Positions 34,801-45,700 of a stretch of 64,000 bases of DNA are shown one piece after another. Location of the stretch: the NCBI GenBank assembly GCA_000708835.1, contig DF237448.1:1-64000 (forward strand), read 5' to 3'. A model generated the notes under the pieces. That model saw nothing but the letters and a program-made list of their open reading frames with translations, did not search any database and was not told the origin of the DNA. The stretch comes from Klebsormidium nitens. Lineage: Eukaryota > Plantae > Klebsormidiophyceae. The position numbers and the translations under genes are program-made. Positions within the stretch are counted from its first letter, which is position 1. Each line of letters starts with the position of its first letter.

Positions 34801-37800
34801 AGCCGTTGCAAATACCGAGTCCCACTAACCCGATGGTTACTGCAGCCGTCGGGCCCTTCAACCCGAGCAAGTTACCGACGATCCATTCCGGGTTTGTGAC
34901 GGAGGACGCTTTGCAGAGTGCGGCGAGATTGGGACTGAACGAAGCGACCACGATTTTGACGCCGAGAGGGGGGTCGGCTGTGCTGGAAAGATTTGAGGAA
35001 GGAACGGCAGAAGCGGTGGAGCGGCAAGAGGCGTCGATCATCGAGGGAATTCTGCCGCCAGGAGCGCTTCAGAAGTGGCCGTTGGTGGGGAAGAAGATCA
35101 GGATCGGGTTGATTCCGGCAGGTAAGGGAGTGCCTATCCTGGTACTTTTTGGCTATTGTGTTTCCCTTTGTTGTTGCGGTAATCTGCTCAACCTTGATGT
35201 CGTCGGTTCGCATTCCTTGGGACACGTCAGAAGGAGTGTGATTTGAGTCTTTTTCAAGAAGTGGTTCTTCGCAAATCTCCTCGACCTTCATCTTACGAAG
35301 AGTATTCCTTCGTGTCTACGAAGTCGGCGAATCTTAGGTCAGATTGTGAGTTCCACCTCAACCGGTTGCGATTGCTTAACCGTTTGCCGACAAGCGCAAT
35401 CTGTCCATATCTTACGAGAACGGATCCTTGTCATGCCGTCTTGGCCCCAGGTCCCGCTTACCACTACGCCAGAACAGACTGTCAATATTTAGGTGACCAC
35501 ATTCTTTGTTCGGAGAAGGGGCATCTACTTGCTGCAAAACTACTGCTTCAGAAGGCCAACCGTTCTCAACGCGCATTGCAACTTCTTAAGTACCCTCGAG
35601 GCGTCACGGTGTCGTTTCGAGTCACTTCACGGTGTCGTTTCCAGTCTACTCCATTTGCGCTCTCTCTGATCATCTGACTCCGTGCGTAGTCTGCTGAGAC
35701 AACTTGTCGGGAGCTCACCCTTACTTCATGACCCGCTATACTGACGACTTCGACGGCCTCTCCGCAGGCTCAACTGACACAGTCGCAGTCTCCACCAACG
35801 GCGCGCGCGATCCCATCACTGCCGCTCTGCACATCCTTCTCGGCGACCGCTTACCGCTGGACGTGGTGCGCGTGACGGCCTGGGACTATCAGCACGAGGT
35901 TTGTACTCATGTTTTTAGAGGGATGTTGCTTTTACAACTCTGAGAGACAGATTCTACGATTAGCTGTTTCGCGTTTCTACGAGTGTTATGCTTTGTTTGG
36001 AGTGCTGAAAGTGGTTGGCTAGGAACTATCGTATGAGAAATCGCTCGTCTGTTTTGCGAATATCGTGGCGGGATGTTGTAAGCACGAGTTTTCGTTGCGG
36101 GGATCATTGTTTTCTAGGATGTAGGACGAGCCATAGGTCTCGCTGGTTAATGAGCGCCATGTGAGTGACTTGGGAGTTGATGAAGCGACGGCCCGGGACT
36201 ATGAGCACCAGTGTGTGCTCTTTCCTCTACGCGAGATCCTGACCGTTGACTTTACTCTTTTGGCCCAGGGAGGTAGTCCCGACCCTGGTCATGCCGGAAT
36301 GGCAAACTTTGAATCTGTTCAATCGCGTTTGCACGAACGTGACGGCCACCTCCGATTGGGCTGCTTAACCCTCACCCGTTAAACCTCTCTGAAAGTTGAA
36401 ACCCTGAAAATCTTTTCTTCGACCAGGGAGGGCGTCCCGGCCCTGACCATGTTGAGATGGCCAACTACGGGCGGCCCCCAGTGAAAAGTACTCAGAACTT
36501 TCAGGCATGGGTTTGTTTCCCTCTATGAATTGTGAACTCCGTAATTCAGCCGGATGAGCGGAAAGGGATGCCGTTTTCGTCCACTTTCCCGACAGTTGGA
36601 TCGACCACATGAGCATTCGTCTGCTGATTCCACAAATACGTTTATCTTTCTTCGACCAGGGAGGGCGCCCCGACTCCGACCATGTCGAGATGGCGAACTA
36701 CGGGCGGGCCCCCAGTTTCGTTTGCTCCGGCCTATGGCAACCGGGTAAAGAGATGAACATGTGATTAATGACTGCACAAACGCGATTTTTGTAAAGCCGG
36801 GCTACGGGTGAATATTACACAATGAACGGTCTTTTGATTGTCAACCAGGGAGGGCGTCCCGACCCCGACCATGTCGAGATGGCCAACTACGGGCGGGCTC
36901 CCAGTGAACAGCACCGGGGGAGGGGCTCGGGGCATCTGCACACGGAGCACGAGGACCCGCGGCGGCCACACGTGCGCTACGCAGCGTCGTTTGCGGGGTG
37001 AGGCATTTTATGCGTCCTGATGTTCCCGTCACATTTTCGGCTTTAGTAAATTTTTAATAATCTTATCTACGCGGCAGTCGTAAATTTCGTAGCTGTTTTG
37101 CGGTCTCTGTCAATGAGCGGTGTGTTTGACGAGAAGGAAGGCCGGCGGGCCGAACGGGCGCTACGCAGCGTCGTTTACGGGGTGGGCACTTTTCTCAGCA
37201 CTTCCGTCTCGGGCTTGGCTATTCGTTTTGCATGTACGCGGCTGGCAGTTCTGAATACAAAAGTTGGAGCTGTCTCCCGCTCGCTGTTGAAGGCCTTCTT
37301 CAGGCCCCCTGGTCCTTTTCTCTGTGTCAAAATCCTCGAAAACCAACCACGTACCTTCGCTTGTAGCACGTCGAGGTTTTTGCTTAATGCAAAATCGATG
37401 GGGATGTTATCCTCCCATCTTCATACACGCAAGCCCTTGTGTGAAGCGATGGTTCTGGAGAAACAGGTTCCGGCAGCTTCGATTTGTTTTGCTCGGTTAA
37501 AAAGGGGAATCTAACGGAATGCTGAGCAGATGCAGATGCGATACTTGAAAAGATTGGGAGTTTCCCTATCTCGCCAGGCGCTCAAGTTTTCTGCTCACAC
37601 CTGATCGGCCCCGTTCCGTTTGCCAAATTTCTACAATCGACATTCATTCTGATTAGAGGTTTGACCTAGTCTTAGGTAGTCAAAATTTGCGTTCTGTACT
37701 GAGTTCCACCTCTTAACCGAGACTTACTTTCGCTGCCTTCTCTAGGTACGGCTTCTATGGTGACGTCATGCGGGAGAGTGAGCTGTATCGGTGGATGGGC

Positions 37801-40800
37801 CCCGCGCGCTACGACTACGCAGGCCTGCGCACATTCCTCCGGCACAGGTGAGACTGCGTTTGTGTGGCTGCAAGCATTTCTGCCTTGTGCAGCAGATTCG
37901 CGGCTCTGGTCCCTGTGGTTTCCTGCGGAACGTCGGCCGGTAGGGGTGCGCCCACCTTCCTTTTCGCGGAAACAGAAAAGGAAAAGAAGGAAACGAAACA
38001 GATAAATAGAACAATCCTTGCAACTAAAACAAAGACAAAAAACAGACTTGCGGCAGAACGGAAATGAACACGGTCAAGGCTGACGTTTTGATCTGAGATA
38101 TTAAGGAGCGAAGAGCACGTGCTCGGGCTTTTGCTTGGATTGGAGAACTCGCTTTGGCAGATTCTAGAGACGTAGCAGTTAGTGACGGACACCGGACATC
38201 CTTGCGCCATCTGCATCCTCCGTACTCAGAAGTCTATGGAGGACGTTTGACGTGGAGACACCCTGATGAAAACAGACATAGTGCTGAACCTTCTCGTGAT
38301 CTTTCTCCAAAAAGCTGATGTCCTGCTTTTTTTAACAAGGAAATCTAGGCGCAGTGTTAGCTTCCCGCAAAACCCAAAGTATGCTGAACTGATGTTAGAC
38401 GTGCTGTTTTCGTATCTAAAGCGGGCGAAATCGTTTGTGTCAGCAGTACAAATTTACCCGGGTACCTTTTTTCTCTCCAATAGAGCTCAGCCATCTCGTT
38501 GTACCCAAGACGTCTGACGAGAACCTCCGCCGTGATTGCAGACAAACATCGCTGAACCCTTTCCGATTTTTCTTCTGAGCATTATCAAGTTTTCTTAAAC
38601 AGGCTGTTTTCTCTTTTCCCAGGACGTACGAGGCGGAGATCACGTATCTAGAGCGGGGGAAAACGTTCGATCCGTCCGGAACCACCAGCAAGCCGGGGCA
38701 CCGCAGAAGCAACAGCCGCGTGGTGTGCCGGGTTGCCTGCCACGTGTGCTCCAAAGCGGGGGACGAGGAACGAGAAGCGGAAGCGGTTGGCACGACGGAT
38801 TTGGTGGGCGAGTATAAGCCCAAGGCGCTATGGCGGACCCTGCGGGTGAGCGGTCCGCTTATATTAGGAATTTTCTTCTTTTGTGTAGCTCCTTCATTGG
38901 AGCGAGAGCGAAAGCGAAGCGGAGTATGTAAGGCGCTAAGGCGGACCCTGCTGGTGAGCGGTCGCTTATATCAACCTTTTAATTGGTTTGTGGGTGCCGG
39001 TTTACTTAGTGTAGGACCGTCAACGGAGCGACAGCAAAAGTGAAGCGGAGTACAAAAGCCCAAGGCGCTATTGCGGACCCCTGTTGCCCGCTCACATTCA
39101 CTCCCCTTTGCGTTTGTGCCGAGCTTTTAGGGGCAATTCACATTTTCTCAAAAGCGGACAAAAGAAAACTTGGGTGCGATGGGAATAGCCGACACGGCCA
39201 AGGCGCTATCGCCGACGTTGCAAACAGGTACTTCTGTGCTTGTACAGATTCAAACACTTATATCTTCCTGGAATCTATGACACCCGTTGAGTTGAAGGGG
39301 TCCAAACCGCCCAGAAAGTACTCCGAACCGGGAACTGTTCGGATTTCTTGTGGTGCAGCAGCATAGCTCGTGCGAAAATTCTCATGTCTCACAACTGTAT
39401 CTCTTTAGTCCTCTCTGTGAAACCAGTCTGCGACCGCGTTAATCATACAATTATACGTTTGACAAAACTGGTGGGTGTTCCCGGCAGGGCTCAATCTCGT
39501 ATAATTGTTGACTCGTGTTCCGTCTTAACCCTTCTCAAACCCCTCGGTAATCCTTCCTCTGCTTTTTATCCAGCTATTAACCCTGTTTTTTACTCACGCT
39601 TTCAGCGTGAGTACAACAGCTGGCCGGCAAGTCGCGGTGAATCCTTGGAAGTTTTTGTTGACCCTTGATTGCCTAAACCCGTCCCTGAAAACCTTCATTG
39701 CACCTGAACTCCTCTCCTCAACCAGCTTCTAACCCTGATTATAACTCTCCACAGGGCGAGTACCACAGCGTGGCTGGGGCCGTGATGGCGTGCCGCAACG
39801 ACAAGGCGCCAGATGGCATCTCGACATTCGCCCATTTGTCGGACGGGCGCATGGACCTGATTCTCATCAAGGACTGCTCGCGCCTCGAGTACTTGCGTCA
39901 GTTGATCCGGCTCGCGCGCAAGGGAGCTGATCCGTTTGACCTGCCCTTTGTTGAGACGCACAAGGTGAATTTTGAGCTTTCAAGGGTTTCAGCAAATGCT
40001 GAGAACAAGGAGAAAAATCGATTGCAGGCTCCAGAAGTGTAAAGTATTCAGGAGCCAGAATCTGTTTGGAACCGAATACTGCTGTTGCTCCTCATCCGTG
40101 AACAAGCGGAGCCTTTTCATCTGTCCTTCGGGGGAGCACAAAGGGAAGGCTTGGAGCATACACGGTAGCTTTTGTTGTAGAGCTTTTGAAGGGCGGTTGC
40201 TTGACTTTGGCTTTAGCTGATGCCCTCTATTGCTGTTGGAGCGACCTTCCGTTTAGATGGTTGTTGAAGGCTTCCCGATAGTGCTGGTTTCCCTGTCCAT
40301 GCTTCGCTGAAAGGTTCCAACTTGAATGGAACACCAGATTCTGGAGGTTTCTGGTCCCCAAGATGCGTTGAGGCTAATTGGGACGACAGAGTGGTCTGTC
40401 CATTGCCGAAGGACAGCCAGAGGTCTGACCCGATCGATCTGTGCACCAAACCGAAATTAATGCTGCGCCCAAGTTTCCAAAGCCCACACGTGAAAGGTTG
40501 GACAAACTCCCATAATTGGTGTATCCCAGTTCGAGGAGTTCGGTCGATCGAGTGCTGTGCTTCGTTACCTTGCAGACATTCCAAATCCACTTCCAGTCCA
40601 ACTCGAATTGATTTTCAGTCGGGCTCTCGAAGAAAAGTTCGATCTCGTGCTTGCGCCGCGCCCAAGTTTTACGAGTCCAAGTCGTGTGTTGGTCTGATAT
40701 AACTACCATAAGTCAGAAAACCGTACCGTAGTCCAACGTAATGATTCCGTATGGATCGACTATAATTCCCCTTCGTCAAAGTCAAAATTCGGATTTCCCA

Positions 40801-41195
40801 TTCGGAAAGTAAAATCTCGGAAAGGTAAGATAACCTTCAAATAGTCCTCGGAAGCCGTAAAGCTGCCAAAAACAGCCCGAAACTCCCCTTCCAAAGGGCA
40901 TTTGGATACGGGTCGGAATCAGCATAAGTTATCCCACTTTCCTGGTTGTTGGAAATAATTCGAAATAAATCGTTTGGAATCATCACGTTGGACTACCGCA
41001 CCCCCATTTTGATCTCTTCAGGTTTCGACTCACGCATCTGCTTCCGTTCTTTTGCAGACCTCCCAGTTCCATTTCCGGTCGCTCGGCCAGCAGAGCACAT
41101 GGAACGTGGACGGGGAGCTCCTGAAAGCGCGCGAGTTGTCCGCGCAAGTGTTCCGAGGCCTTGTCGACATCTTTGCGCGCGGGCCCGAAGCCTGA
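28865..41195 (+). CDS. CERK: Ceramide kinase (ACD5/CERK-like, DAGK catalytic family), about 939 aa. Exons 28865-29014, 30284-30459, 31420-31576, 32343-32660, 33797-34053, 34313-35121, 35768-35898, 36849-36997, 37746-37847, 38623-38845, 39755-39964, 41058-41195. A possible extra 5' exon lies at 28172-28235.
   Basis: Spliced length is 2820 nt and in frame. Motifs RPKSLLVLVNPFGGK, DGIVVVGGDGLFNEVLNGL, IGLIPAGSTD, GARDPITAALHILLG, RYAASFAGYGFYGDV..ESE.YRWMGPARYDYAG, VCRVACHVC, CRNDKAPDG..AHLSDG..LILIKDCSR and WNVDGE match plant ACD5-type ceramide kinases as I recall them. Confidence 0.92.
29509..29799. mobile_element. Tc1/mariner-type (Stowaway-like) MITE, copy 1, TA TSD, in the CERK intron at 29015-30283
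   Basis: 26-bp TIR ccgtagtccaacgtgatgcttccgaa / ttcggaatcattacgttggactacgg with 2 mismatches, flanked by TA on both sides. Confidence 0.85.
32985..33720 (+). repeat. Five degenerate copies of the acceptor and 5' end of CERK exon 33797-34053
   Basis: gcag|gg.accaagaagagcggctaccagcagctccgccccaccacc-like units near 32993, 33152, 33297, 33470 and 33645, spaced about 145-175 bp apart. Confidence 0.9.
36260..36730 (+). repeat. Three degenerate copies of the acceptor and 5' end of CERK exon 36849-36997
   Basis: ccag|ggagggcg.ccc.gac.c.gaccatgt.gagatggc.aact units near 36263, 36422 and 36654. Confidence 0.85.
40726..40998. mobile_element. Tc1/mariner-type MITE, copy 2 of the family at 29509, in the last CERK intron
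   Basis: TA|ccgtagtccaacgtaatgattcc ... ggaatcatcacgttggactaccg. The interior aligns with 29509-29799 (ggatttcccatt, cggaaaggtaa, tcctcggaagccgtaa, ctgccaaaaacagcc, cactttcctggt). The right flank has decayed to CA. Confidence 0.8.
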
Positions 41196-42702
41196 AAGCC
41201 CAGCATACGTCCGTTTCCGTAGTCATTAATGGGGCCTTGCATCAAGCGGGCGCTGAGTAGATGAGTGGGTGGGGCGCGCTCCATGTATCTTATGAGCTAT
41301 TGATGACGTCAAATTTTCTTTGAGCGATCAGGGCGCATGCGGTTGTTAGTAACACGCGTGTCTTTGTTCGTGGTTTGCTTATATAAGCGAAGCTGTGCTG
41401 ACATACATGTAAAGAAGTCAAGGTGTTGCAGACTAGAATGGAAGCATTGCATAAACATATACGTGTTCGAGATCATTGTAGGACGATTGTTCCTGGACTG
41501 AAGAGTTTGCACTTGATCCTTCGCCCAACACCAAGTGTTCGTCTGTAGTGCACCTCAAATTAGTACTGTAAATGTGTTAAGAATGCTCGTGTGTTTCATG
41601 TTCAACAATGGTTGTGCAATTCATTTGCAAGGAGGCACTATCATTACTTTTGAACTTGATGCTTGGGTTACATGCATTCCATTCTGAGGATCGCACTCCA
41701 ACACATGGTCTCTTCTCAAATACGCCGTAGCCAGTTCGGCCATAGGCTTCTCATGGCACCCAAATGTTGCCAAGATTGCCAGCCAACATTATCTGCATAC
41801 ACCAACTTCTTCTTCAGGGCAATGCTGTTCTCTTTTACACGCCGTAGCCACTCATGGGCCATACTAATGATAGGCTTCTCATGAAGCATAATATCCCCAA
41901 GACATTGACATCATCATTGGCATATGATCTCCCGTGGCCCGAGTCTGGACTCTGCTTTCAACGTACCGAGGCCCGACTCCCGCCGACCATGCCGCGCTAA
42001 ACCGGCATACCGTCCAGGATTTGAACCCAGACTTAGGGTAGCCTGGCCTGGTAGCCTGTAGGTTGAATTTGCGGGACTCAGAAAGAGTGAACCGTCACCC
42101 GGGCCCCGGGGCTGGGCCGGCGGCCGGCCCGGGTAGCGGGCGCAAGTCAACGTACGTCAGGCAACGTCACAGGGGGATCACTGTGACAGGTGGGGGATTC
42201 ACATTGGTTCAATACATATCCTGACTCCTGATTCCTCATGCATGTGCCAGTCACCGTGCGGCGTGAGCTTGGCGGCATATAATACTTGGTGCACGGTTTG
42301 ACCAGAATTTGGAACCGAGGTAAAGCACGCAGCATGTGAGTCGTGACGGTTGCAACTTGCCACTGCATGATGGTTCTAATCCTCAGTCTGCCCTGCTTTT
42401 GCAAGCTTCCTGTCTTTCAAAGTAGAATTCTGTGACCGCTGTCCGTGCCAGCTACAGTGCGCTCTGCACTGTTTCATGAGGAGGCGTAGTCCCTGTCAGT
42501 GTTTGAACGCCCATCCCCACTTCTTCGATAAGAACGTTCAAAATTTCTCCCAACTGCAAGACAGCTCCTGCTCACGGTAGTTTTGTACCGTAGCTGTCTG
42601 AATACTTGCTAGTTTCTCAAACACTAACACTGTTGTTTCTACAAGACTTAAGTCCAAGCGGTCACCTTACAGGAGAACTTTTGGTGTGGAAACGCAGCAA
42701 CA

Positions 42703-45700
42703 ATGGCGCCAATCCAGCGCCTCATCTTCGCAACGCTCGGTCTGCTGTGCGTCTGTGCGCTTCCCGTGCTGAGTCAGCCGGGCTTTAATCCCTACCCCGA
42801 CTATTCCTGTCCCGCTGGTTACATTCCAATTGCCAGGTTCTCCCCACCAGAGAACGCCCCTGTTCCCTCAGTTTGCGACGAGGATAAGTGTTACAATGAA
42901 GCGGTGGGATGTGGGCCTGGTGAGTCTTGCTCCTAACCAAGGTTGGCTAACCATACTACGTAGTCTGTTGGAAGAGCATGTAAGTTATGCCTTAACAATG
43001 CTTTGGTTAGGTGTCATCTTCATCCTGAGTGTCTTCGTGCTGCATTGTAACCGCTCACAGTTGTCCTGGAGCGGTTTCCTGGCTATGTTTGGGTTGGGAG
43101 ACAAAGAGCCTTGCCTCTTGAGCGCTTACATGGGGCGGAACCTTTTCCTTGGTCAAGCTCGTTGTAGATGCTTGCGCCACCTTGCATAAAAATGTTGGCT
43201 GAAATGTGACATTGGCTCCAATCTCCTGATCAAACAGTAGTGGAAGCAGGGTTCCATAGTGTGAGAAAGGAGCTGGAGGGGAAGAGTGGGGAGATCTTTG
43301 CTGAGCACACTTGCAGGATGGAAAGCGGAAAAAAGTTATAATAAATGAAAGGGCCAAAGGTTACACTTACGCCATTTGAGATGCTCATCAAGGAGATTCA
43401 TCTGGAAAAAGCGTATCAGTATTTATACCCTGAAAGTATTATTTGAAGCCAAACAAGGGCAAAACAGATTTTATCAGGTTTTTGTCAAAGAGCCTTTGGC
43501 ATCACATTCTACTCATATGACTTCTGTTCTGGCTGGGGGCTTTCACAGTTTTTATTCAAATGGCTCTCTCACATCTGCAGAATGTCCTGATCATCGGATG
43601 CCAATGCTTCCGGCATTATAAGGGTTTGTGAAGTCATCGCCGGAAGGTTCAGCTCTGTTAAGACAAAAGAACAACTTTTTATCTCACCCTTGTTCTTATG
43701 GTTTCTCGGGTGTGCACCAAGAGACGCTGACACCAAGATTCTAAGCATGGATGCACCCATTGAGTACCGTCGACATTTCGGACTACGTTTCCTCATTTTC
43801 TTAGTTCCCTCCATCATTCTCAAGCTTCTTTTTTTCGTTCCTGTACAGGCAATGTGTGCACTCAGCGCCCCGTTGGTTCTGTCGGTGGTTACTTCTACGA
43901 ACACGACTGCCAATGCAAACCCCCGTATGTGAAGGGAAATGTTGTGGGTTACAAAGGCCTCGGCACCCGGACCACTTGTTACATCCCAGGTAATGAGTCC
44001 TTCCCAAACAAAACCCTGCATTGCCGAATCAACCAAGCACTTGTAAAGTCCTGAAGATGCGTGAATCACGAAGTGTTGGCCAGTCCCTTCTGAAAGATTG
44101 TCTTTGTAATGCCAGGTGATCGCAGCCACCTAAGCACCCGGGGTCAAATTTTCTGTAATCCTTGTGAGAAATTCCGGAATTCCATTCTGAAAAGGAGCTT
44201 CAAAATACCGAGCTCACTTGTGGCACCTCCTTGTCCGTATGACCTCCAAAATCTTGAATGTTCACTCGTTTCTCTCTTCTTTGATTGCCCAACCTACATA
44301 ACCCAATATGGGCTAACAGGCAGTGCCCCTTGCAATGTCCCCACTTTGGTTTTGAAAAGCACCTCACTTATGCAAGCATAGAGGAGGAGCACCCCGGATT
44401 CTTCATACTTCAGACTTAGACAGTAGGAACAAGCTGACAGTTTCCTGGATCCAGTTGGCACGTAAGAACATGCGTGCACTCCGTCCCTCAAATGGCCCCC
44501 TTCACGCTGCTTTGCTGCCCGCTCATTGCTAAGATCCTGAAGCTACAACGCCCTGGAACTCGAAACCCTGTACAAGCTTCCTTTTTTCACCTGCCCGCGT
44601 CGTGGTTGAAGTGCCTCCACCCCTCTTCAAAACGGGACAGGGGCCACCTCCAGCAGCTTTTCCACCGGCACTTTGCCAAAGCTCTGAATGCCCTAAGAAT
44701 CCAAACCTTCTTCGAATTCACCAGAACTCGAGATGTGCAGACTGCCGACAAGTTTTCTTTCTCCGTCGCTTCCCGTTCGCTCCACCCCTTCCAAGGATGA
44801 GACATGTGCCACCTTCAGCAGCTTGCTCCTCGTACTTCAGTTGCTAAGATTCAAGACCCTAAAACTCAAACCATCAAACCCACAAGAATCCTAAAAGCCC
44901 AACATCTTAGACTGCTGACAAGCTTCCTCTTTTCATTTGCCTCGGTCAGATTTCGTGCGCATCCAATCCTTGCCAGAAACGAAACACGTCCCATTTTCAG
45001 CAAGTTTGCACCCCGCACATTGCTGCGATCCTAAAGCCCAAAATGCCCTGAAATTCAAAGCCCCCTCTAAATCTATAAACCCAAAGTTCCTAAAAGCTCG
45101 AACTTGCAAAACTCTGATAAGCTTCCCTTCTTCACTCGCCCAGGTCAGGATCCGTGCGCTTCGAACCCGTGCCAGAACGGAGGCACGTGTCAGCAGATCC
45201 GGACGACCCTTAATATCCCGCCAAACTTTCCGGAAGACCCGAACGGTCCGATCATTGACTTCTTCTGCCAGTGCCCCCCGTTCTTCACCGGGAAAACGTG
45301 CTTGCTTCCCGAACCGTGAGTCTCTTCTCTTTCCGCCTTTCATTCCGGCTTCTCGTGAGATGTGGCTTTCCGAGATTGCGAGTTCTTTGACTTTGTCTGT
45401 GCGCCCATGGAAGACCTGACGATGAAAGTGTTGGGTGCCTCGTAAGATTCGTGGAGCTTCTTTTTGGAGTTGTGCAGTGGGGTTCAATCAAAGCCGAAGC
45501 AGTTCTGTAGCGGACTGCAACAGAAGGGTTCTTTCCTGTGATCCGCTCTCTTCTTTCTTCTCCTTTAGATCCAGCATTGCACTGTCTTGCAAGTCCACAG
45601 GAAGTGGGGAACAACCATCCGCGGTCTGTAATTTGATTGATCAGTTCATGGTTGTTATTCAAGGTTCAAAGCGGTGCATAGTGGTCACACAATTTTGCAA

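Noticed and set aside
42017-42027. tRNA B-box-like GGTTCAAATCC on the minus strand
   Set aside because: No acceptor stem, D-arm/A-box or anticodon arm could be built around it. At most it is a SINE-like remnant.
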